Positions 36,215 through 47,731 of a DNA stretch of 64,000 bases are shown here, piece by piece. Below the pieces are notes generated by a model. It was not told where the DNA came from. It worked only from the letters and a program-made list of their open reading frames with translations, and searched no databases. The stretch covers positions 10,230,001-10,294,000 of the forward strand of contig OZ024763.1 in assembly GCA_964016885.1 (NCBI GenBank), written 5' to 3'. Numbering within the stretch: position 1 is the stretch's first letter; every line of letters begins with the position of its first letter. This DNA comes from Eledone cirrhosa (taxonomy: Eukaryota). Both the position numbers and the translations under genes were made by a program.

Positions 36215-39200
36215 GTATCTGGGACACTGTCAAATAGCCTCCTGTCAGGTTTTCTTTAAACTTTTTCATAGCAAAACTGCTTCTACAATATAAAATTCTT
36301 TATTTTGAAGTGTTTATATTTATTTCAAAACCTTCCATTGTAATTTTATGACAAAACATTTGTTAAGTTATGTTCCAAACACCAATTTAATGATGAGAAA
36401 GTTATTTATTTTACTAAATCTCTCCAAATTCCTGATTATTTTCAAGATAATCAGCAGTGTCTTTCATTAGAAATATGGTACTGAAAGGGTTAATGACATA
36501 GACAGTGTCTTTCATTAGAAATATGGTAATGAAAGGGTTAATGACATATACAGTGTCTTTCATTAGAAATATGGTAATGAAAGGGTTAATGACATAGACA
36601 GTGTCTTTCATTAGAAATATAGTAATGAAAGGGTTAAAGACAGTGTCTTACCTTAGAAATATATTAATGAAAGAGTGAACGACTGATATGGAAATAATGG
36701 TGGGATGGAGCACTACCAGGAGGTTAGGAGAGAAGCTAAGCGACAAGTGAACTTTGTAAGAAGGGAAACAGAAAGTAAAAACTTTACGCATGTCCTGCAA
36801 TGCGAGGGCGAAAGTCATTAGGTTTTCAAAATTGTGAGGCTGTGTCTAGGATAATTTTGATGTCAGTTGGAAGAAGTGTGTCCATGATGATAATGGCATA
36901 CTTGCCCTCACTGATGCTGAAAAGAAGGTAGCATGGAAGTGCCACTATGAAAGACTACTTAATGAGGAGAATGCATGGGCAGAAGATAGTTTGCCCCAAG
37001 TTGACCCAACAGAGGAACCAGTTGTGCAAGTTAGCAGTAGTATAGTAAATAAGGCAAATCAGCTGGACCTTCGAGTATAGTTGCCAAGATGCTGAAAGCA
37101 TCTGGAATAGTAGGTCACACCATGGTAATATAAAATGGTGTCATAACCAATGATTGGCATATCAGCAATATTGTCAACTGCTACAGGGGTAAAGGAGATG
37201 CTCTAGATTGAGAAAACTATAGAAGCATTAAGTTGGTTGACCAGGTCATGAAGGTCACAGAAAAAGTTATCACACAACTGATTAAGGACCAAGTTAACCT
37301 AGATGAAATGCAGTTTGGATTTGTGCCAGGTAAAAGTACCATGGAAGTTCTCTTCCTTGTGGGGCAACTACAAAAGTACCTAGCTAAAAGTAAACTCCCT
37401 CTACTTAGCTTTTGTTGACCTGGAGAAAGCTTTTGACAGAGTCCCCCATTCCATTATTTGGTGGGCTCTTAGAAAACTAGGAGTAGATGAATGGCTTGTG
37501 AAAGCTATGCAAGCCATATATAGAGGAACAGTCAGCAAGGTCAGAATTAACAATCACTATAGGGAAGAATTTAGTATGCAGGTCAGTGTCCATCAGGGCT
37601 CTCTCCTTAGCCTTCTCCTGTTTATTATTGTCCTACAGGCTATAACAGAAGATTTTTAGACTGGCTGCCCATGGGAACTTCTATATGTAGATGATCTAAC
37701 CCTCATAGCTGAATCTATGGCAGAATTAGAGAAGACATTTCAAACCTGGAAGCATGGACTAGAATCAAAAGTTAACTTGTCAAAGACCAAAATTCTAGTA
37801 TGTAGAAAGGAAAACAGGGCCCAGATTCTCTCAGGGAAATGGTCTTGCTCAGTGTGCAAAAAAGGATGTCGCAAATGCAAACTATGGGTACACAAAGGAT
37901 GTAGTGGGATCACAGGCAGACTATCAAAGAGCGTAGGTTTTATATGCAGCCAATGCACAGGTGCAGTAAGTAGCAACGGCCCTCAGGATACTAGCTCTTT
38001 CAAATGCCAAGAGGGCTCTCTAGAAATAGTCAACAGTTTCTGTTACCTGGGTGATGAAATCAGCAGTGGAAGAAAGTACAGTAGCCAGAGTAAGAACGGG
38101 ATGGGAAAAGTTCAGAGAACTACTACCGCTGTTGGCTGAAGGGGAAATTGTATGATGCATGTATATGAACAACAATGTTGCATGGGAGTGAGACCTGGGT
38201 GCTGTGTGTAGAGGACCTGCGAAGATTGGAAAGAAATGAAGCTGGCATACTTGAACGGATGTGTAATAGTAATATACATGAATGGCAAAGTATCAATGAA
38301 CTGAGAGAGAAATCAGATGCAGTGTGCAGGAGAGGAGATTGCATTGGTGTAGACATGTGATGCATATGAAGGATGACAGCTGTATAAAAAGGTGAAGGGT
38401 GATCAAAGTTGATTGAAGCTATGAAGTAGGAAGAGCTGGGGTGAGGTGATAAAAGTTGACCTTGCACAATTGCAGTTCTCAAAGCATTATACAGTAATAC
38501 AGAAGACCTGCCTTCCTATGTACACGGTTTGAAACGCACATCTAGTATGCACCACTTAACCCCTATCCTAACTCCCCCCTTCCATACACCTCCCATGCCC
38601 TAGCACTCCACCCATGTCCTAATCACCCCACCCTTCACCCACACTTTTACACCCTCTACCCCAGTCAACACTGTAAAGTGGTCATCTAGGAGTCACAACA
38701 AAAAGCACCCAGCCAACACTGTTAATGTGGTTGGTATTAGGAAGGGCATCCAGCCATAGAAACCAAGCCACCAATTCAGTATGAGCAAGACACAGTCATC
38801 TGACCTGACTTGCCTCAAATGGGACAACCCGTCTAACCCATGCTAGAGTAGAAAATGATGATGATGAAAATATATATGAGTGTGTGTGAGTAATGATATG
38901 ATTTTCTGTATTCTGCTAGGACTTTGAAAGATCCGGTGTTTTCGCAGCCCAGAATGACCTGGAGCAGCTGCAGAAGGTGGAGGAAGACCTTCTCTACAGT
39001 ACATTCAGGCGGAACCGTGAGAAGAAGATCAAGAAACTGGAAGCAGATCTTCAGCAAGAGAAGGAGAACTCTGTGGTGGAATTGGTAAATGGATTTGAGA
39101 GGATTGTATCTCAGAGTTGTTCACAGAGCAGACTAGAGGAGGAGACCAAGAAACTGGAAGAGGAATACAGCATGAAAAAACAATCAATGATGAAGGATTT

Positions 39201-42200
39201 GTTGGAAACTATGACGAGTGAGGAGAGAGCTCAGGTTGCACAACTTATCGACAAACACAGTCAGCAGATGTTAGCACTGATTACAGAAAAACTCTCTTTA
39301 AAACAGGTATTTTAGACTATATGATGACTATCTTATAAACTTTATATATATATTCTTTTTAAACATACCATGTTTTTAGAGTTACAAAATTCACAGACAT
39401 ATTTGTATACAGATATGTCGAAGCTGAATTCTAATTCTATTTTAAGTTGAGCCAACTTATACAGCTTCGTATGCAAATGAAATTAATCAGCCCATTTACA
39501 CAGGTGAAAGAAAAACTATATATTTTCGCCTGTTTCTACTCCAGTGTTACTCCACTTACTTCAGTGGAACTCCACTTACTTCAGTGTTACTCCACTTACT
39601 CCAGTGTTACTCCACTTACTTCAGTGTTACTTCAGTGTTACTCCACTTACTTCAGTGTTACTCCACTTACTTCAGTGGAACTCCACTTACTTCAGTGGAA
39701 CTCCACTTACTTCAGTGGAACTCCACTTACTCCAGTGGAACTCCACTTCAGTGGAACTCCACTTACTCCAGTGGAACTCCACTTACTTCAGTGTTACTCC
39801 ACTTACTCCAGTGGAACTCCACTTACTTCAGTATTACTCCACTTACTTCAGTGTTACTCCACTTACTCCAGTATTACTCCACTTACTTCAGTGTTACTCC
39901 ACTTACTTCAGTGGAACTCCACTTACTTCAGTGTTACTCCACTTACTTCAGTGGAACTCCACTTACTTCAGTGGAACTCCACTTACTTCAGTGTTACTCC
40001 ACTTACTTCAGTGGAACTCCACTTACTTCAGTGGAACTCCACTTACTTCAGTGGAACTCCACTTACTTCAGTGGAACTCCACTTACTTCAGTGGAACTCC
40101 ACTTACTTCAGTGGAACTCCACTTACTTCAGTGTTACTCCACTTACTTCAGTGGAACTCCACTTACTCCAGTGGAACTCCACTTACTCCAGTGGAACTCC
40201 ACTTACTTCAGTGTTACTCCACTTACTTCAGTGTTACTCCACTTCAGTGGAACTCCACTTACTCCAGTGGAACTCCACTTACTTCAGTGGAACTCCACTT
40301 ACTTCAGAGTTACTCCACTTACTTCAGTGGAACTCCACTTACTCCAGTGTTACTCCACTTACTTCAGTGTTACTCCACTTACTCCAGTGGAACTCCACTT
40401 ACTCCAGTGTTACTCCACTTACTTCAGTGGAACTCCACTTACTTCAGTATTACTCCACTTACTTCAGTGTTACTCCATTTACTCCAGTGGAACTCCACTT
40501 ACTCCAGTGTTACTCCACTTACTTCAGTGGAACTCCACTTACTCTAGTGTTACTCCACTTACTTCAGTGTTACTCCAGTGGAACTCCACTTACTTCAGTG
40601 TTACTCCACTTACTCCAGTGTTACTCCACTTACTTCAGTGTTACTCCACTTACTCCAGTGGAACTCCACTTACTCCAGTGTTACTCCACTTACTTCAGTG
40701 GAACTCCACTTACTTCAGAGTTACTCCACTTACTTCAGTGGAACTCCACTTACTCCAGTGTTACTCCACTTACTTCAGTGTTACTCCACTTACTCCAGTG
40801 GAACTCCACTTACTCCAGTGTTACTCCACTTACTTCAGTGGAACTCCACTTACTTCAGTATTACTCCACTTACTTCAGTGTTACTCCATTTACTCCAGTG
40901 GAACTCCACTTACTCCAGTGTTACTCCACTTACTTCAGTGGAACTCCACTTACTCTAGTGTTACTCCACTTACTTCAGTGTTACTCCAGTGGAACTCCAC
41001 TTACTTCAGTGTTACTCCACTTACTCCAGTGTTACTCCACTTACTTCAGTGTTACTCCATTTACTCCAGTGGAACTCCACTTACTCCAGTGTTACTCCAC
41101 TTACTTCAGTGGAACTCCACTTACTTCAGTATTACTCCACTTACTTCAGTGTTACTCCATTTACTCCAGTGGAACTCCACTTACTCCAGTGTTACTCCAC
41201 TTACTTCAGTGGAACTCCACTTACTCTAGTGTTACTCCACTTACTTCAGTGTTACTCCAGTGGAACTCCACTTACTTCAGTGTTACTCCACTTACTCCAG
41301 TGTTACTCCACTTACTTCAGTGGAACTCCACTTACTCTAGTGTTACTCCACTTACTTCAGTGTTACTCCAGTGGAACTCCACTTACTTCAGTGTTACTCC
41401 ACTTACTCCAGTGTTACTCCACTTACTCCAGTGTTACTCCACTTACTCCAGTGTTACTCCACTTACTTCAGTGGAACTCCACTTACTTCAGTGTTACTCC
41501 ACTTACTTCAGTGTTACTCCATTTACTCCAGTGTTACTCCACTTACTTCAGTGGAACTCCACTTACTCCAGTGTTACTCCACTTACTTCAGTGTTACTCC
41601 ACTTACTCCAGTGTTACTCCACTTACTCCAGTGGAACTCCATTCACATTCATTGTTTTTACTTTTCAGGATAAAAAGTCTGATTCTGGAGAAGGGAGTGA
41701 GGAAGAAGGGGTTGATTTAACCCGACCCCCAACTCCTCGACCTCCAGTCTTCCGAAAGTCCCATCTCTACGACAGTCCCAAAGTATTTGAACAGATTGAC
41801 AATCATGTATTTACTGTAAGTTCTGCTTCTTCTCAACATTTCAATGTAAATCATCATCACCGCCATCATCATCATCACCCCCCCCCCCCCACTATCACCA
41901 TCACCACCACCATCACCACCATCACCACCACCACCACCACCATCACCACCACCACCACCACCATCATCACCACCACCACCATCACCACCATCACCACTAT
42001 TACCATCACCACCACCATCACCACCACTATCACCACCACCATCACCACCACCATCACCACCACCACCACCACCACCACTATTACCATCACCACCACCATC
42101 ACCACTATCACCACCACCATCACCACCATCACCACCACCATCACCACCACCATCACCACTATCACCACCACCACCATCACCACTATCACCACCACCACCA

Positions 42201-44754
42201 CCACCATCATCACCACTATCACCATCACCACCACCACCACCACTATCACCACCACCACCACCACCACCACCATCGCCCCCACCACTATCACCACCACCAC
42301 CACTATCAGACTGATCAATGAACCACATCTTATTCATACATTATACATTTTGGCCTGGTTTCTAGGGCTAGAGGCCCTTCCTAATGCCAACCAGTTTACA
42401 GAGTGTACTGGGTACATTCTATGATGGTAGCAGCACTACTCTTTTACCATGTGTATATGGTATAGACTATTGTTGCAATAGGGAGCTTGTCAAGTCCTTA
42501 ACAGGACTTTATTCTACATCTCTATCCTACATCAATTTATTTATCATTTTTGTACTTTTTTTAAGGTAACCCAAAAGGAACATTCTACATTCACAGAGCT
42601 GGTCCGAGACCTCACCAGGAACTGTCATAATGAGCTGGAAAAAACACGGTAAGATAATTTCATTTAATCTCAGCTGATCTTCAGTTCGAACAAAAGAGAA
42701 ACATTTATAGACAGTGCAAGACTCGGGATGAGGTAATAAGAGCTGACTCAATTACACCTCACTAAGGCGATGACAGAGGACCATGACCTCTGGCGCTATG
42801 AAGTATTACAGAAGACCTGCCCTCTATTATTCTCAGGCTGAGGCATATACCTAGTAGGCAACACCATTCCCTACCTTCTCCCCTCCCATAAACCTCCCCT
42901 ATACCTACGTCCCAAATTTCCCAAAGCATCTTCCCCACCCCTCCCAAGTTCCCAACCTCCTCTATAAAGTGATCCCCTCCCCTTGGAGCCATGACAAAAG
43001 CACCCAGCCCACTATAGTGGTCATGTAGGTGTTACAACAAAAAGCACCCAGCCCACACTAAGGTGGTCATGTAGGTGTCATAACAAAAAGCACCCAGCCC
43101 ACACTAAGGTGGTCATGTAGGTGTCATAACAAAAAGCACCCAGCCCACACTAAGGTGGTCATGTAGGTGTCACAACAAAAAGCACCCAGCCCACACTAAG
43201 GTGGTCATGTAGGTGTCATAACAAAAAGCACCCAGCCCACACTAAGGTGGTCATGTAGGTGTCATAACAAAAAGCACCCAGCCCACACTAAGGTGGTCAT
43301 GTAGGTGTCATAACAAAAAGCACTCAGCCCACACTAAGGTGGTCATGTAGGTGTCATAACAAAAAGTGCCCAGCCCACACTAAGGTGGTCATGTAGGTGT
43401 CATAACAAAAAGCACCCAGCCCACACTAAGGTGGTCATGTAGGTGTCATAACAAAAAGCACCCAGCCCACACTAAGGTGGTCATGTAGGTGTCATAACAA
43501 AAAGCACTCAGCCCACACTAAGGTGGTCATGTAGGTGTCATAACAAAAAGTGCCCAGCCCACACTAAGGTGGTCATGTAGGTGTCACAACAAAAAGTGCC
43601 CAGCCCATACTGTAAAATAGTTGTGTAGGTGATATGGCAAAAAGCACTTAGCACACACAGTAAATGAGGTTGGTGTTAGGAAGGGCATCCAGCCGTAGAA
43701 ATCAAGCCAAATCAGTTCTGTGTGAGCGAATCACAGTCCCCCAACCTGATACCTCACAAAGGGACAGCCCATCCTACCCATGCTAGCATGGAAGATGGGT
43801 GTTAGACAATGATGATGAGGATGGTGGTGATGCAAGCCCTTTGATACACATGCAAGTTAATCCCATTTCAACTGATCTTCCATTTGAACCATGGAAACCA
43901 ACTCATGCCAGACATCTCATTCCAGTCTCACTGTTGTATTTCTAAGACAGTCTTCAATCTTTTTGAAGTCTGTCAATAAAGTTAGTGGTTTGTTTCCACA
44001 TTTAATTTGTCTTAAAATTAACTACCACAACACCAGGTGTGAGGCTATTTCTTCCAGATGTCTCACACACTAACCTTGTGTCTCTGTCCATATATTAACT
44101 ACCACAACACCAGGTGTGAGGCTATTTCTTCCAGATGTCTCACACACTAACCTTGTGTCCTTCCAGATGTCTCACACACTAACCTTGTGTCTCTGTCCAT
44201 ATATTAACTACCACAACACCAGATGTGAGGCTATTTCTTCCAGATGTCTTACACACTGACCTTGTGTCTCTGTCCATATATTAACTACCACAACACCAGG
44301 TGTGAGGCTATTTCTTCCAGATGTCTCACACACTAACCTTGTGTCTCTGTCCATATATTAACTACCACAACACCAGGTGTGAGGCTATTTCTTCCAGATG
44401 TCTCACACACTAACCTTGTGTCTCTGTCCATATATTAACTACCACAACACCAGATGTGAGGCTATTTCTTCCAGATGTCTCGCACACTGACCAGTCAATA
44501 GCAATCTTCAATGAGCTGTATGTTAACACTAATATAACAAATATATGATCACATGTTCAAGTTGTGACCATCCTGTCATTCTCTCTCTGTGTATTTTTCA
44601 ATGTGTCTCTTCCCCTCTTTCTCTCTCTGTCCCCTCTTTCCCTGCCTCTCTTACTCTTTGTTTCTTTCCATTTCTCCCCATCTCTCAGTTTATCTTTATC
44701 TTTCTATGTCTCTCTCTCTCTGTATATGTCTTTCTCTTTCTCTCTCCATATATA

Positions 44755-44804
<50 letters not shown>

Positions 44805-46188
44805 GAGCACTGTATCTCTCTCTCTCTCTCTCTCTCCATATATATCTGTCTCTCTCTTTCACTCTCTCTTTATATATATATATCTGTCTCTCTCTCTCCA
44901 GAGCACTGTATCTCTCTCTCTCTCTCTCTCTTTCTTTCTCTCTCTCTCTCTCTCTTTCTCTCTCCATATATATCTGTCTCTCTCTTTCACACTCTCTCTC
45001 TATGTATATATATATATATATATCTGTCTCTCTCTCTCCAGAGCACTGTATCTCTCTCTCTCTCTCTCCATATATATCTGTCTCTCTCTTTCACTCTCTC
45101 TCTATGTATATATATATCTGTCTCTCTCTCTCCAGAGCACTGTATCTCTCTCTCTCTCTCCATATATATCTGTCTCTCTCTTTCACTCTCTCTCTATGTA
45201 TATATATATCTGTCTCTCTCTCTCCAGAGCACTGTATCTCTCTCTCTCTCTCTCCATATATATCTGTCTCTCTCTTTCACTCTCTCTCTATATATATATA
45301 TATCTGTCTCTCTCTCTCCAGAGCACTGTATCTCTCTCTCTCTCTCCATATATATCTGTCTCTCTCTTTCACTCTCTCTCTCTATATATATATATCTGTC
45401 TCTCTCTCTCCAGAGCACTGTATCTCTGTCTCTCTCTCCATATATATCTGTCTCTCTCTTTCACTCTCTCTCTCTATATATATATATCTGTCTCTCTCTC
45501 TCCAGAGCACTGTATCTCTCTCTCTCTCTCCATATATGACTGTCTCTCTCTTTCACTCTCTCTCTCTATATATATATATCTGTCTCTCTCTCTCCAGAGC
45601 ACTGTATCTCTCTCTCTCTCTCCATATATGACTGTCTCTCTCTTTCACTCTCTCTCTCTATATATATATATCTGTCTCTCTCTCTCCAGAGCACTGTATC
45701 TCTCTCTCTCTCTCCATATATATCTGTCTCTCTCTTTCACTCTGTCTCTCTCTCCATATATATCTGTCTCTCTCTTTCACTCTCTCTCTCTCTATATATA
45801 TATATCTGTCTCTCTCTCTCCAGAGCACTGTATCTCTCTCTCTCTCTCCATATATATCTGTCTCTCTCTTTCACTCTCTCTCTCTCTATATATATATCTG
45901 TCTCTCTCTCTCCAGAGCACTGTATCTCTCTCTCTCTCTCCATATATATCTGTCTCTCTCTTTCACTCTGTCTCTCTCTCCATATATATCTGTCTCTCTC
46001 TTTCACTCTCTCTATGTATATATATATATATCTGTCTCTCTCTCTCCAGAGCACTGTATCTCTCTCTCTCTCTCCATATATATCTGTCTCTCTCTTTCAC
46101 TCTGTCTCTCTCTCCATATATATCTGTCTCTCTCTTTCACTCTCTCTCTCTCTATATATATATCTGTCTCTCTCTCTCCAGAGCACTG

Positions 46189-46228
<40 letters not shown>

Positions 46229-47555
46229 TATATCTGTCTCTCTCTTTCACTCTCTCTCTATGTATATATATATATCTGTCTCTCTCTCTCCAGAGCACTG
46301 TATCTCTGTCTCTCTCTCCATATATATCTGTCTCTCTCTTTCACTCTCTCTCTCTATATATATATATATCTGTCTCTCTCTCTCCAGAGCACTGTATCTC
46401 TCTCTCTCTCCATATATGACTGTCTCTCTCTTTCACTCTCTCTCTATGTATATATATATCTGTCTCTCTCTCTCCAGAGCACTGTATCTCTGTCTCTCTC
46501 TCCATATATATCTGTCTCTCTCTTTCACTCTCTCTCTCTATATATATATATCTGTCTCTCTCTCTCCAGAGCACTGTATCTCTCTCTCTCTCTCCATATA
46601 TATCTGTCTCTCTCTTTCACTCTCTCTCTATATATATATATCTGTCTCTCTCTCTCCAGAGCACTGTATCGGTGGGTAACATGGAAAGATTTAAACAAGC
46701 TTCACATAGATGACTCTGTCAACCCTGATTCACCATATGGACTCCTGCGTGGAATAAAGTTAGGCACCGAAACCTACCATGATCTATTTAGAAAGGGCTG
46801 GGCCAGGTGGAGGTCCGCACTTCTTAGAATACTACACGGCAGCGTCGGTCACCCATAGATATAGTATATAGTAGATAGGTATAGTAGTAGTAGTAGTGTG
46901 TTAGTGAGTATAATAAGAGTAATGATATGAGTAGTAGTAAGTGAGATTTAGATGAGTATTAGGATATTATATATTATTATTAATATATTATATATATTTA
47001 TATATATATATATATTATATATATTTATAGTATTATATATATATATATTTATATATTATTAGTATATAGATATATTATATTTCGTTTCTGAATTTGTTTA
47101 GCAAGATTCTTTATCTGAAATCGTGTGGTGAAACCGATATTGTGATTACTTTGGGGGTGGGTCCATGGGTGCCAATAAGTGATACACGTGTGGTGAGTTT
47201 GGGACTTCATAGGTACAGATTTTGAGAGTTTGAGTGAGATGTGTGTTGAGTGTATGTGAGTGTGTGTTGTGATTATTAGTTAGTAGTGTATAGTATAGAA
47301 TTAGTAGTAGTATTATATATATATATTATATATATTATATATATATATATTATATATATATATATTATATATATATATATTATATATATATTATATATAT
47401 ATATTATATATATATATATTATATATATATATATTATATATATATATATTATATATATATTATATATATATTATATATATATATTATATATATATATATT
47501 ATATATATATATATATTATATATTTATTATATATATATATTATATATATATATAT

Positions 47556-47586
<31 letters not shown>

Positions 47587-47671
47587 ATATATATATATAT
47601 ATTATATATATATTATATATATTATATATATATATATATTATATATATATTATATATATATATATATTATA

Positions 47672-47731
<60 letters not shown>

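Noticed and set aside
39447-42424. Very long ORFs (up to 946 aa)
   Set aside because: Translations of a 20-bp minisatellite open in all frames; only 41669-41815 is a real exon
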